From Terriglobia bacterium (lineage in GTDB: Bacteria > Acidobacteriota > Terriglobia > Acidiferrales > UBA7541), in assembly GCA_963695545.1 (NCBI GenBank), contig OY968796.1:672001-736000 (forward strand): a stretch of DNA of 64,000 bases. The letters run 5' to 3'. The position numbers and the translations under genes are program-made. Shown here piece after piece: positions 8,054 through 26,770 of this stretch. The notes below the pieces were generated by a model. That model was not told where the DNA came from and ran no database searches. It was given only the letters and a program-made list of their open reading frames with translations. Position 1 is the first letter of the stretch. Each line of letters opens with the position of its first letter.

Positions 8054-10714
8054 TCAGTTGATGTGGCTGCTGGCGGTGTGCTTGGCGGCGACGGCTTCGA
8101 TCTCGCTCACCAGCAAGGCGACCAAGTCCGACACGCGAAACGGCTTCTGAATCATGCGGCCGTGCTTTTCCTCGAGTCCTTCAAGAACGGCATCATCGAA
8201 CAAGTCGCCGGTCATAAAGACGAACAGCGGCACATGGCCCGTGCTGGCGCGGGCAACGCCGAGCAGTTTGTGGCGCAACTCATGGGCCGAGAGGGTTCCG
8301 TGGGGACTTGCCAGGTGCAGATCGCAGAGCACGACATCGTAAGCGTACTGACGCACACGTGAGAGCGCCTCGTCGGCTGTCGCAACCGTATGGACAACCA
8401 TACCGCGCGCCGACAGGCCATCCTGTATCAACTCACGGATAGCGTCTTCGTCGTCGACGACCAGCACGCCGCGGCCATCGAGAGGCGAGGGCGGCAAGGC
8501 AACCGCCTGCGGGCCGGCGGATTCGGCATCGAACACAACTTGCGACGGACGGCTTACCGGCAGAGCGATGACGAATAGCGAACCGCCGGCGGGCAACGGC
8601 TCAGCCGTGATGTTGCCGCCGTGCTCGCGGACGATAGCCATGGAGATGCTGAGTCCAAGACCGGTGCCGCGGCCGGGGCGTTTGGTGGTGAAGAAAGGAT
8701 CGAAAATCTTGGAGAGAATCTCGCGGCTGATGCCCACGCCGTCGTCCTGGAACAGAATGCGCACAAAAGCGCCGGCCGGCTCAAGGCGAACTTTGACGGT
8801 GCCGCGATCGCGCACTTCGAGGATGGCCTGCTCGGCATTGGTGATGAGGTTCAGGAAAACCTGCATCAATTGATTCATGTCTCCCAGCACCATCGGCAGA
8901 TCGGCGCGGGGCTCGAAATCCAGGACGATGTTGTTGGTGCGCAACGAATATTCGTGGAGCTGGAGCGTGCGCTGCAATGCGTCGTTCAATTGCAGGGGCA
9001 CCTTGCGGGGAGATGGCGGCCGCGAAAAAGTGAGCAAGCTCTGGACGATGTGCGCGGCGCGGCGCGCCTGGCGGTGGGCGAGATCGAGCTGACGCCGCAT
9101 CCCGGGTTCCTCCACGCCTTCGCGGACAAGCTCGGTTACGCCGAGGATGGCGGTCAGTGGATTATTGAGCTCGTGAGCCACGCCGGCGATCATTTGTCCC
9201 ATGGCCGCCAGGCGCTCGGACTGCACAAGCTGCTGCTCGACGTGGCGCTGTTCGGTGATGTCGCGCGCGGAAGCGATGACGCCCTCGATGCGGCCTTCGG
9301 TATCCACGACAGGCCGCACGGTGGTGCGCATCAGGCGCCATTCGCCGGTCTTGTGGCGAGCGCGATACTCGATGGTGCCGTGGGTGCCGCGCCCAGCTAT
9401 GAGCTCACGAAGCATGGCGAGCAGCGCGGGGGAATCTTCAGGGTCGGCGTGCTCTCCCAACCGCGAGCAGATGATCTCTTCCGGCTCGTATCCCAGGACG
9501 TCCTTGAGGCTGGGGCTTGCAAAGGTATAGCGCAATTCGCGATCGAGAACGAAGACCAGATCGGGCAAGCTGTCCATCAGGCGCCGGGCGAATTCGCGTT
9601 CGCGGCGGAGCCGGCGCTCCATCTCTTTGTGCTCGGTTAAATCGACGACCGTGCCGTGGAAACGGACGATCTTGCCAACCGAATCGCGAATCGCGGAAAT
9701 CGAATGCAGGCCGATCACTTCCTCGCCGCGTTTGGCGCGGAGCGCGAGCTGGCGGCCGCGAATCAGGCCCTCTTGTGCGAGCGCGGACTGATCGGCAGCG
9801 CATTCGGCAGGATCCGCGTAGAGATCGCTAAGGGGCAGGCCGATCATTTCTCCCGGGTTCGTGTAGCCAAGGAGACTAACAAGCGCGGGGTTGGCGTCAG
9901 AGATGCGGCCATCGGGGTCCGCGATGTAAACGCCCTCCTGGAGCGTCTCGAACAGTTCAGTGAAACGCGCTTCGCTCTCGCGATCCACGGTGACGTCATG
10001 CGCGAGAACGCTGACGCCGCAAACCGCGCCGTCGCGCACGATGGCGTGCATGACGCAATCGAAAAAGCGCGGCGTGGATTCCCGCTTCAATTGAACGGCG
10101 AGCACGCCGCTCCAGTGGCGACGCGCGAGGAGTCCGGGCAGCGCCTTTTTCGCGGCTTCCACCGCGCCGCCGTGCGGCAAGTCGACGAACTCATGGAGAC
10201 TCTTGCCTACAAGAGACTGGAACGGTGCGTCGAGCAGGCTGGAAAAGCTGCGATTGGCGGCCAGGATTTCGCCGGTCAGGGCGAGAGAGAATAGGTGATC
10301 GTCGAAGGTATCAATCAGATCGCGATAGCCCTGCTGCGAACGGGAGACCAGAGAGAAAAGCTGCTCGACTTGCTTGCCGTCCGAGCCGGGGGCGATCCGG
10401 CGTTGCTCGATTCCGCGGACCAGATTGCGCAGTTCGGATAGCTCCTTGGACTTCAGCCAGGTGTGGAGACCGAACAATGCCACGAGTACGACGAGGCTGA
10501 CCGGAAGCGCCTGGAGGTTGTATCGAAAGTCCCTGAGCCAACCCGGGGAGACGATAGCCAAGGCGACAGCCAGCGCGCCCAGAACCACGAGGGTCAGCCG
10601 CCAAAGACTCCGCTCCCTCCGCGCCAGGAGCTCGAGGTGGGCAGGCAGAACTTTCGAGATTTCACCGTCGGCGGGACGATCCGAGCCGGCGCCAGGCAAG
10701 TCCACTTCGGTCAT
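8054..10714 (-). CDS. Membrane-anchored multi-PAS hybrid sensor histidine kinase (2 TM, 3 PAS, HisKA, HATPase, receiver)
   Basis: H-box AHELNNPL, N-box NLITNA, DDGVG, FDPFFTTK, GTGLGL; receiver VDDE...CDL...KPF. Start taken at ATG 10714. Confidence 0.92.
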   Translation of the reverse strand: MTEVDLPGAGSDRPADGEISKVLPAHLELLARRERSLWRLTLVVLGALAVALAIVSPGWLRDFRYNLQALPVSLVVLVALFGLHTWLKSKELSELRNLVRGIEQRRIAPGSDGKQVEQLFSLVSRSQQGYRDLIDTFDDHLFSLALTGEILAANRSFSSLLDAPFQSLVGKSLHEFVDLPHGGAVEAAKKALPGLLARRHWSGVLAVQLKRESTPRFFDCVMHAIVRDGAVCGVSVLAHDVTVDRESEARFTELFETLQEGVYIADPDGRISDANPALVSLLGYTNPGEMIGLPLSDLYADPAECAADQSALAQEGLIRGRQLALRAKRGEEVIGLHSISAIRDSVGKIVRFHGTVVDLTEHKEMERRLRREREFARRLMDSLPDLVFVLDRELRYTFASPSLKDVLGYEPEEIICSRLGEHADPEDSPALLAMLRELIAGRGTHGTIEYRARHKTGEWRLMRTTVRPVVDTEGRIEGVIASARDITEQRHVEQQLVQSERLAAMGQMIAGVAHELNNPLTAILGVTELVREGVEEPGMRRQLDLAHRQARRAAHIVQSLLTFSRPPSPRKVPLQLNDALQRTLQLHEYSLRTNNIVLDFEPRADLPMVLGDMNQLMQVFLNLITNAEQAILEVRDRGTVKVRLEPAGAFVRILFQDDGVGISREILSKIFDPFFTTKRPGRGTGLGLSISMAIVREHGGNITAEPLPAGGSLFVIALPVSRPSQVVFDAESAGPQAVALPPSPLDGRGVLVVDDEDAIRELIQDGLSARGMVVHTVATADEALSRVRQYAYDVVLCDLHLASPHGTLSAHELRHKLLGVARASTGHVPLFVFMTGDLFDDAVLEGLEEKHGRMIQKPFRVSDLVALLVSEIEAVAAKHTASSHIN

Positions 10715-10970
10715 GCGCACCCCATGGTGGTCTGGGACAGCCTGACGGCGCCGCCTCCGACGAGGGCTTGGTTCACCAAGGATAGAGAAGGGGCCGGAAC
10801 GAGACAATAGGAAATGGTCCGCGGATTGACCGAAGATATAACCCCGGGGTGCTAATTTGCGCACCGTCGGCGAAGCATGTGGCGCGCGCGGCCACCTGGG
10901 TTCGCGCCGGTTGGGAGCGAGCAAAGCTGACCTGGGTGTGCCCGCCGACGTGCCTTTCGCGCCATTACCT

Positions 10971-11018
10971 TTCGGGCACTTTAAACGCACTTTAAACTAG
11001 AGTCCTATGGTGCCCGAA
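10971..11018. promoter_or_regulatory. Candidate regulator-binding site: tandem 11-bp direct repeat with a flanking 9-bp inverted repeat
   Basis: GCACTTTAAAC twice (10976-10997); TTCGGGCAC (10971-10979) and GTGCCCGAA (11010-11018). Confidence 0.35.
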
Positions 11019-11092
11019 TGCTCTTCGCGAGAACCTGTGCGGGTGGGATTTATCCCGATTCCTAGAGCTATTCCTGTGGAGAGAGGCGCGTA

Positions 11093-12052
11093 ATGAAGAG
11101 CAGGTGGATTGCTCGTCTGGCCGATGTGAATAAAGAGTTGCTGCTGATATTCTCGATCATCGCGGCGACCGGCGTGGTCAACTTCTTCGTGGCGGGTCAG
11201 CGGCTGGTGCTGACGTTCTACAATCTTCCAACTTTGCTGGCGGCGTATTATTTCGGGCGACGCCGAGCCGTGGAGGCCGCGCTGGCCTCGGTCCTGTTCG
11301 TTTTTTGGATGGACATGATGAATCCGAAGGTGCTGGGCGGCTCGTCCGTCGGTGCAGAGCGCATATTGACCTGGTCCGACTTGGCCGTATGGAGTGGATT
11401 CTTGCTAGTCACCGCCTACGTGACCGGGAGCCTATACGAGCAGGGCGAGCGCCGACTGCGCGAATTGCGCGAGGCGTATTACGGCGTGCTGCAAATCCTG
11501 ACGCAGTTCGTGGGCAACGATAAATACACGCAAAACCATTCCTACCGTGTGTCCGTGTACGCCGTGCGTATCGCCGAGGAGATGCGTTTGCCGGATTCGC
11601 AATTGGAGGACGTGCGCGCCGCGGCGCTGTTGCACGACATCGGCAAGCTCGAGACCAGCCGCGACATCCTTTACAAGGCCGCGCGGCTGAGCGACGACGA
11701 AATCCAGGAAATGAAAACGCACGTGGAAAAAGGCATCGGAATGCTGCACCCGGTGGGCGGCTCGCTGCGACGCGTTCTGCCAATTATCCTGGCGCACCAC
11801 GACAAATTCGATGGCTCAGGCCATCACCCGACGAAAGGCCATCAAATCCCGGTCGAAGCGCGAATCATTTCCGTGGCGGACGTGTACGATTCGCTGGTCA
11901 GCGACCGGCCGTACCGGAAGGCGCTATCGCCGTTTGAAGCGCGCGACACCATCGTGAAGGGCGCAGGCTCGGATTTCGATCCGGCTGTGGTGAAGGCGTT
12001 TGAATCCGCTTTCCGCAAACAAGAGATGGAAGTTCCTGAAGTGCTGGTGTAA
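11093..12052 (+). CDS. Membrane-bound HD-GYP family phosphodiesterase
   Basis: About 4 N-terminal TM segments; YTQNHSYRV, LLHDIGK, HHDKFDGSG, VADVYDSLVSDRPYRKAL. Confidence 0.88.
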   Translation: MKSRWIARLADVNKELLLIFSIIAATGVVNFFVAGQRLVLTFYNLPTLLAAYYFGRRRAVEAALASVLFVFWMDMMNPKVLGGSSVGAERILTWSDLAVWSGFLLVTAYVTGSLYEQGERRLRELREAYYGVLQILTQFVGNDKYTQNHSYRVSVYAVRIAEEMRLPDSQLEDVRAAALLHDIGKLETSRDILYKAARLSDDEIQEMKTHVEKGIGMLHPVGGSLRRVLPIILAHHDKFDGSGHHPTKGHQIPVEARIISVADVYDSLVSDRPYRKALSPFEARDTIVKGAGSDFDPAVVKAFESAFRKQEMEVPEVLV

Positions 12053-12105
12053 AGGCAGGAACGCTCCAGCAAGACAAAAGATAGTCAAGCCACATCACGT
12101 GGCAC

Positions 12106-12145
12106 AAAATAAAAGGGCGCCCGGCTTATCGCCGGACGCCTTTTA
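12106..12145. terminator. Bidirectional intrinsic terminator between the convergent HD-GYP gene and rpoC
   Basis: AAAATAAAA-GGGCGCCCGGC-TTATC-GCCGGACGCC-TTTT: GC stem flanked by an A-run and a T-run. Confidence 0.75.
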
Positions 12146-12165
12146 CGCATTTATTGGACTGCTAT

Positions 12166-16365
<4,200 letters not shown>

Positions 16366-16496
16366 GGTGGTTTCCTCCTGCCCCGGCTTGCGCCGGAGCC
16401 CTCCCGGTTTCCCGGGAGTTCAAATCTTGTTCGGTCCTACGAAAAACCAAAATCGTCGCACCAATCATTGCGCCGCGCGGGCGCCTTCGTGCGCGC

Positions 16497-20960
<4,464 letters not shown>

Positions 20961-21167
20961 TCTGTTTTACCTCGCGACCCCTGAAGCTGAAGGCATGCGC
21001 CGGGCCGCCGAAGGGCGCGACATCGCGCGCCGCGTCCGGCGGTCCCGGCTGGAACCGTGTGACGACTGAAGAAGATGAAATACCAAACTCCGCGTAGGCG
21101 ACTCCGTCCGGCCTGCGGCCGGCCTTGCGACCGGCGCTGCCGCTAAGACTGAGACCGAAATGCCCCG

Positions 21168-21548
21168 CTACTTGACTTCGACTTTTGCGCCGACGTCTTC
21201 GAATTTCTTCTTGATCGTGGCGGCTTCGTCTTTGTTGACGCCGTCCTTGACCGTCTTCGGTGCGCCGTCGACCAAATCCTTGGCTTCTTTCAAGCCCAGG
21301 CTGGTGACTTCGCGGACGGCCTTGATCACGTTGATCTTGTTGGCGCCCACGTCTGTCAGCACGACCGTGAATTCGGTCTGCTCTTCGGCAGGGGCAGCGC
21401 CGGCCGCGGCTCCGCCAGCTGCCGCAGCGGGTGCCGCAGAGGCCGCCGAAACGCCGAAGGTCTCTTCCATTTTCTTGACCAGGTCGGCCGCCTCGAGCAG
21501 CGTCAGGCCCTTGATCTCTTCCAGAATCGCTTCCACCTTGTTCGCCAT
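21168..21548 (-). CDS. rplL: 50S ribosomal protein L7/L12
   Basis: Ala-rich hinge, [25 protein letters not shown]. Confidence 0.98.
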   Translation of the reverse strand: MANKVEAILEEIKGLTLLEAADLVKKMEETFGVSAASAAPAAAAGGAAAGAAPAEEQTEFTVVLTDVGANKINVIKAVREVTSLGLKEAKDLVDGAPKTVKDGVNKDEAATIKKKFEDVGAKVEVK

Positions 21549-21578
21549 CGCCGTGTCTCTCCTGTTTTTTCTTTTGAA

Positions 21579-22106
21579 CTATTGTCCGAACTTTTCTGCC
21601 TTGACCGCCTCGTTCACCACCACGGCCAGATTCCGATTGAGCGCATTCAGCACCGAAGCAATGCGCTGCGCCGGTGCGTTCAGCAAGAACATGATTTTGC
21701 CGATCAACTCGTCCTTCGACGGGAGTGACGCCAATTGCTGAATTTCGGGAATCGAAAGAACCCGGCCGTCGACCAGACCCGCTTTAAATTTGAACGCCGG
21801 AACATCTTTCGCAACCTTGGTGAGCACTTTCGCCAGCGCCACCGGGTCCGTTGAGGTGTAGGCGATCGAATTTGTGCCCGACAAATTTTTCAGCAACGGC
21901 TCGGCCGGTGTGCCCGCGCCGGCAAGTTCGGCCAAAGTGTTTTTCACCACGCGATAGGTTCCGCCGGCGCCCTGCACGGCGCGGCGCAATTTGTTGTCGT
22001 CTTCCACCGTGATGCCCTGATAGGTGGTCAGGATCACGGTGGAGATGTGCGCGAGATCGGTCTTCAGCTTGTCGAGATCTTTCTGTTTTTCGCTGCGCTT
22101 TTTCAT
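21579..22106 (-). CDS. rplJ: 50S ribosomal protein L10
   Basis: VVKNTLA, LASLPSKDEL; position between rplA and rplL. Confidence 0.96.
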   Translation of the reverse strand: MKKRSEKQKDLDKLKTDLAHISTVILTTYQGITVEDDNKLRRAVQGAGGTYRVVKNTLAELAGAGTPAEPLLKNLSGTNSIAYTSTDPVALAKVLTKVAKDVPAFKFKAGLVDGRVLSIPEIQQLASLPSKDELIGKIMFLLNAPAQRIASVLNALNRNLAVVVNEAVKAEKFGQ

Positions 22107-22120
22107 ATTTCCCGTTCCGG

Positions 22121-22834
22121 CTAGGCCGCCGCGGCCAGCGCCGCTTCGACTTCTTCCTCATTAATTTGGATGCCCGGTCCCATCGTCGAGGTTAGCGTGA
22201 CGCGCTTCACGTATTTGCCCTTGGCTGCCGCGGGCTTGGCTTTCAGGATCGCGGCGAGCAGCGAGCGCGCGTTGTCGGCGAGTTTGCCGGCGTCAAAACT
22301 GATCTTGCCCACCGGCGAATGAATGATTCCGGTTTTGTCCACGCGGAATTCCACTTTACCTGCCTTGATTTCGGCCACGGCCTTGGCGACCTCGAACGTC
22401 ACCGTGCCCGTTTTCGGATTCGGCATCAGGCCGCGCGGGCCCAGCACTTTGCCCAATCGACCGGCGGACTTCATCATGTCCGGCGTGGCGATCACGGCGT
22501 CGAAATCGGTCCAGCCTTCCTGGATTTTCTGCACCATGTCTTCGCCGCCCGCGAAATCGGCGCCGGCTTCTTCCGCTTCGCGGACTTTTTCGCCGCTCGC
22601 GATCACCAGCACGCGTTTTGATTTTCCCAATCCGTGCGGCAGCACAACCGTGCCGCGAACCATTTGGTCGGAGTGCTTGGGATCAACGCCCAAATTCACG
22701 ACCAATTCGACCGTCTCGTCGAACTTGACGAAATGCGCTTTCTGAAGCGCCGTGGCGGCGTCATTCAGCGTGTAGGGCCGCGCTTCGATTAACTTGCGCG
22801 CCTTCTCCGTGTTCTTGCCGACCTTGCGTGCCAT
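22121..22834 (-). CDS. rplA: 50S ribosomal protein L1
   Basis: [37 protein letters not shown]. Confidence 0.98.
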   Translation of the reverse strand: MARKVGKNTEKARKLIEARPYTLNDAATALQKAHFVKFDETVELVVNLGVDPKHSDQMVRGTVVLPHGLGKSKRVLVIASGEKVREAEEAGADFAGGEDMVQKIQEGWTDFDAVIATPDMMKSAGRLGKVLGPRGLMPNPKTGTVTFEVAKAVAEIKAGKVEFRVDKTGIIHSPVGKISFDAGKLADNARSLLAAILKAKPAAAKGKYVKRVTLTSTMGPGIQINEEEVEAALAAAA

Positions 22835-22846
22835 AGCGACTCTCTC

Positions 22847-23275
22847 CTAGCCTTCCACTTCGAGGCCCATGTTGCGGGCCGTGCCCATGATCGTGCGCAC
22901 GGCGGAATCGACGTTGGTGGTATTCAGGTCCGTGAGCTTCAATCGGGCGATGTCTTCCACCTGCTTCTTCGTAACTTTGCCGACTTTGGTGCGATTCGGC
23001 TCCGCCGATCCCTTGACGATTCCCGCGGCGCGCTTCAGAAGCTCGGAAGCCGGCGGCGTCTTGGTGATGAACGTGAACGTGCGATCCGTATAGATCGTCA
23101 CGAGCACCGGAATGATCATGCCTTCGGGCTCTTTCGCCGTCTTGGAGTTGAACTGCTTGCAGAACTCCATGATGTTCACGCCCTGCGGACCAAGCGCCGT
23201 GCCCACCGGCGGCGCCGGCGTGGCTTTGGCGGCCGGAAGCTGCAATTTCACTGTGCCTTGAATTTTCTTCGCCAT
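22847..23275 (-). CDS. rplK: 50S ribosomal protein L11
   Basis: [29 protein letters not shown]. Confidence 0.98.
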   Translation of the reverse strand: MAKKIQGTVKLQLPAAKATPAPPVGTALGPQGVNIMEFCKQFNSKTAKEPEGMIIPVLVTIYTDRTFTFITKTPPASELLKRAAGIVKGSAEPNRTKVGKVTKKQVEDIARLKLTDLNTTNVDSAVRTIMGTARNMGLEVEG

Positions 23276-23323
23276 TTTTCAGTTCCCTTTTGCTTTTACC
23301 GCCAGCCGCCTGCGGCGGCTCGA

Positions 23324-23863
23324 CTACGCCATCTTCTCGACTTGCACGAAATCGAGCTCGACCGGAGTCGAGCGTCCGAAAATCGTCACCGAAATCTTGA
23401 GCGTGCTGCGATCGGAATTGACCTCTTCCACCACGCCGGTGAAACTCGCGAACGGTCCATCGACGATGCGCACTTGTTCATTGCGCTCGAAAACCAGTTT
23501 CGGTTTCGGCTTGTCCGTCGCCGTAGTGACGCGATGCAGAATCTCTTCGATCTGCTCTTCAGAAAGCGGCGAAGGTGTTTGACCCGAACCGACGAAGCCC
23601 GTCACCTTGGGCGTCGAGCGCACCACGTGCCAGGTGTAATCGTCCATATCCATTTCCACCAGCACGTAGCCGGGAAACAGCATGCGTGGCGAAACGATTT
23701 TCTTACCGCCGCGCACTTCGACCACGTCTTCGGTAGGAATCATCAGCCGGCCGATCTTGTCCTGCAGACCGAATGCGGCGACGCGGCTCTCCAGGCTTTC
23801 CTTCACTTTCTTTTCAAAGCCCGAGTAGGTATGGATGATGTACCACTGCTTCGACATGGGCAC
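23324..23863 (-). CDS. nusG: Transcription termination/antitermination factor NusG
   Basis: [21 protein letters not shown] motif [16 protein letters not shown]. Confidence 0.98.
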   Translation of the reverse strand: MPMSKQWYIIHTYSGFEKKVKESLESRVAAFGLQDKIGRLMIPTEDVVEVRGGKKIVSPRMLFPGYVLVEMDMDDYTWHVVRSTPKVTGFVGSGQTPSPLSEEQIEEILHRVTTATDKPKPKLVFERNEQVRIVDGPFASFTGVVEEVNSDRSTLKISVTIFGRSTPVELDFVQVEKMA

Positions 23864-23876
23864 CCGGTTCCCTTAT

Positions 23877-24161
23877 CTAGTGCTTAAAAAAATTGAGCAT
23901 GCGCTGCATGATCCAGCTCGCGCCCGAATCAACAAAGAAAAAGAAAATTCCGAAAAACGCCACCGTGGCAATCACCACCGAAGTGGTCGTAATAACATCG
24001 TGCCGCGAAGGCCAGGTCACTTTCTTCATCTCGACCCGAACTTCGTGCAGAAACTTGTTCCAGCGCTTCGGCGTGTCAACGAGGCGCGCGAAAAAGCCCG
24101 GCTCTCCGCGATCTCGATCGTCGCGCCGTCCCGATTCCGTCGCCGTGGCCACCTTGTTCAC
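23877..24161 (-). CDS. secE: Preprotein translocase subunit SecE
   Basis: EMKKVTWPS followed by one TM helix; lies between tRNA-Trp and nusG. Confidence 0.93.
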   Translation of the reverse strand: MNKVATATESGRRDDRDRGEPGFFARLVDTPKRWNKFLHEVRVEMKKVTWPSRHDVITTTSVVIATVAFFGIFFFFVDSGASWIMQRMLNFFKH

Positions 24162-24239
24162 CGTCGCGCTTTCATTCTGCCTTCGCCGCGATTCTCGCTC
24201 GGCCGCTTGCCTCGTTGCCCTTCACGCGCCCAACCAATC

Positions 24240-24314
24240 TGGCAGGGGAGGAGGGAATCGAACCCCCACATCCGGTTTTGGAGACCGGCGGTCTACCGTT
24301 GAACCTACTCCCCT
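24240..24314 (-). tRNA. tRNA-Trp (CCA)
   Basis: Cloverleaf AGGGGAG...CCGGT-CTCCAAA-ACCGG...TTCGATT...CTCCCCT-GCCA. Confidence 0.96.
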
Positions 24315-24370
24315 GTACCTGATCTCCCGTCCGGCCTTGGCGTAGCCGGCCTGCCGCGCTCGACACTCCG

Positions 24371-24520
24371 TTACTTCACCTCGCGGTGCACGGTGTGTTT
24401 CCGGCAGGTGTTGCAAAATTTCTTGGTCTCCAAGCGCTCGGTGTGCTTCTTCCGGTTCTTGGTGGTCGCGTAGTTCCGGTTCTTGCAATCGTTGCACTGC
24501 AGCGTGATCAGTTCGCGCAT
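24371..24520 (-). CDS. rpmG: 50S ribosomal protein L33, Zn-binding form (not in the ORF track)
   Basis: Manual translation [49 protein letters not shown] (49 aa, two CxxC); usual position between tuf and tRNA-Trp. Confidence 0.96.
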   Translation of the reverse strand: MRELITLQCNDCKNRNYATTKNRKKHTERLETKKFCNTCRKHTVHREVK

Positions 24521-24555
24521 GGCTCTTGGCCTTTGCTCCCCTTACTTTATGACTC

Positions 24556-25743
24556 TTACTCGATGATCTCGGTTACGGCGCCGGCGCCGACGGTGTGGCC
24601 GCCTTCGCGGATCGCGAAGCGCAAGCCCTTCTCTAACGCCACCGGCGTGATCAACGCGATTTCCATGGCCACGTTGTCGCCCGGCATCACCATCTCCACG
24701 CCGCCCGGCAACTTCACGTCACCCGTAACGTCCGTGGTCCGGAAATAAAATTGCGGACGGTATCCCGTGAAAAACGGCGTGTGCCGGCCGCCTTCTTCCT
24801 TCGTCAGCACGTACGCCTCGGCCTTGAACTTCGTGTGCGGCGTGATCGAACCCGGCTTGCAGATCACTTGCCCGCGCTCCACTTCTTCTTTTTCCGTGCC
24901 GCGCAGCAGCAAGCCTACGTTGTCGCCCGCCATGCCTTCATCCAGCAACTTGCGGAACATCTCGATGCCCGTCACGATGCGCTTCATCGTCGGTCGGAAT
25001 CCCACGATCTCAATTTCTTCCCCGACCTTCACCTTGCCGCGCTCCACGCGCCCGGTGACCACCGTGCCGCGTCCCGAGATTGAGAAAATATCTTCGATGG
25101 GCATGGCGAACGGCTTGTCCACATCGCGCACCGGCAACGGAATGCTCTTATCCACCGCGGCCATTAATTCAAGCACGCTCTTCTCCCACTTCTCTTCTCC
25201 ATTGAGCGCGCCCAAGGCCGAGCCGCGAATCACCGGAATCGTGTCGCCCGGATATTGATAGCTCTTGAGCAACTCGCGCACTTCCAGTTCAACCAGTTCC
25301 AAAAGTTCCGGATCTTCCACCGAGTCACACTTATTCAAGAACACCACGATGGCCGGCACGCCCACTTGCCGCGCGAGGAGAATGTGCTCGCGCGTCTGCG
25401 GCATCGGTCCATCGGTTGCCGCAACCACCAGAATCGCGCCATCCATCTGCGCCGCGCCGGTGATCATGTTCTTGATGTAATCCGCGTGGCCCGGGCAATC
25501 GATGTGCGCGTAGTGGCGATTGGCCGTCTCGTACTCCACGTGCGCCACGGCGATGGTGATTCCGCGCTCGCGCTCTTCCGGAGCGTTGTCGATCGAATCG
25601 AAGGCGCGAAATTGCACCTTCGGATCGTGCTTCGAGAGCACTTTGGTGATCGCCGCCGTCAAGGTGGTCTTGCCGTGATCGATGTGCCCGATCGTCCCGA
25701 TATTTACGTGCGGCTTACTCCGCTCAAACTTTTCCTTCGCCAT
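24556..25743 (-). CDS. tuf: Elongation factor Tu
   Basis: [30 protein letters not shown]. Confidence 0.99.
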   Translation of the reverse strand: MAKEKFERSKPHVNIGTIGHIDHGKTTLTAAITKVLSKHDPKVQFRAFDSIDNAPEERERGITIAVAHVEYETANRHYAHIDCPGHADYIKNMITGAAQMDGAILVVAATDGPMPQTREHILLARQVGVPAIVVFLNKCDSVEDPELLELVELEVRELLKSYQYPGDTIPVIRGSALGALNGEEKWEKSVLELMAAVDKSIPLPVRDVDKPFAMPIEDIFSISGRGTVVTGRVERGKVKVGEEIEIVGFRPTMKRIVTGIEMFRKLLDEGMAGDNVGLLLRGTEKEEVERGQVICKPGSITPHTKFKAEAYVLTKEEGGRHTPFFTGYRPQFYFRTTDVTGDVKLPGGVEMVMPGDNVAMEIALITPVALEKGLRFAIREGGHTVGAGAVTEIIE

Positions 25744-25880
25744 CGTTTCCTCTGCTCCTCAGTCAATTGAACGATTTTGATGTGTCGTTCGCTTCCGGGA
25801 GTCCCAAGCGATATCTAAAGCATTGCGCTCCGCGCAATCGTTTGAAGCACTGCGCTCCGCGCGGACCGGCTGAAACCAAG

Positions 25881-25955
25881 TGGAGCGGGGGACGGGATTC
25901 GAACCCGCGACCATCGGCTTGGAAGGCCGAGACTCTACCACTGAGTTACCCCCGC
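25881..25955 (-). tRNA. tRNA-Gly (TCC)
   Basis: GCGGGGG...TCGGC-CTTCCAA-GCCGA...TTCGAAT...CCCCCGC-TCCA. Confidence 0.96.
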
Positions 25956-26047
25956 CCGTTTCCGCTCCACGCGGAATCCAAGCTCCCCCAAAAAATCTTT
26001 CCACTTCATTCGCTCAGTGCACCTAACGCCGCGTTAAAACTCGATGC

Positions 26048-26123
<76 letters not shown>

Positions 26124-26246
26124 AAATTTACGACCGCGCTTCGCGCCGCCCCCGGGCGCATCCGGCGCGGGGTCCGCGCCTTCGATTGAGTTTTTTGTCG
26201 AGACTTCGCGTTTACCTGCCCTCAGGATTCATGCAATGCAGTCGAG

Positions 26247-26335
26247 TGGTGGACGGGGGAGGATTCGAACCTCCGTAGCCCGCAAGGAGCGGCAGATTTA
26301 CAGTCTGCTGGTTTTAGCCACTCACCCACCCGTCC
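26247..26335 (-). tRNA. tRNA-Tyr (GTA)
   Basis: GGACGGG...GCAGA-CTGTAAA-TCTGC, long variable arm, TTCGAAT, CCCGTCC-ACCA. Confidence 0.96.
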
Positions 26336-26471
26336 GCACGGGGAAACAAAACACACCGAGGCCCGGGTCTTCCTCCCTGACAGAAGACACTCGCGCCTCG
26401 ATTTGTAAAACGCTGGAACTCGCCCTCTCGCTTCCGACCCGAATAACGCCGCCGCACTCGCACCGAAACTC

Positions 26472-26544
26472 AGCTGGCGGAGGGATTTGAACCCCCGACC
26501 CTCTGATTACAAATCAGATGCTCTACCAACTGAGCTACGCCAGC
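26472..26544 (-). tRNA. tRNA-Thr (TGT), no encoded CCA
   Basis: GCTGGCG...TCTGA-TTTGTAA-TCAGA...TTCAAAT...CGCCAGC-T, followed by GAG rather than CCA. Confidence 0.95.
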
Positions 26545-26574
26545 ACCGTTCAAACTCAAGGTCCAAACCTACGA

Positions 26575-26603
26575 AGAATATCAAATGGGCACGCAAATTG
26601 CAA
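26575..26603 (-). promoter_or_regulatory. Sigma70-type promoter of the tRNA-tuf operon
   Basis: Minus strand TTGCAA-17 nt-TATTCT, ending 30 nt upstream of tRNA-Thr(TGT). Confidence 0.65.
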
Positions 26604-26770
26604 CGACGCGCATGCCCGCGCCAGCACTTCCAAGGCCAGTCTAATATATTGTGTCTCTGATTTGCCTATTCTACTCCCACTGCCCACCCCGGCGCAAGTG
26701 GCACTTTAACATTCCCCCGCTCACGCACTCCGGCCTTTCCTCGCGCTGGGCACAGTGAGACAATGCGCTC

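Noticed and set aside
10860..10960. c-di-GMP-I riboswitch upstream of the HD-GYP gene (GGGAGCGAGCAAAGC)
   Set aside because: No GGCAAA-stem-GNRA-GGGNCGCAAAG arrangement; only a short chance match.
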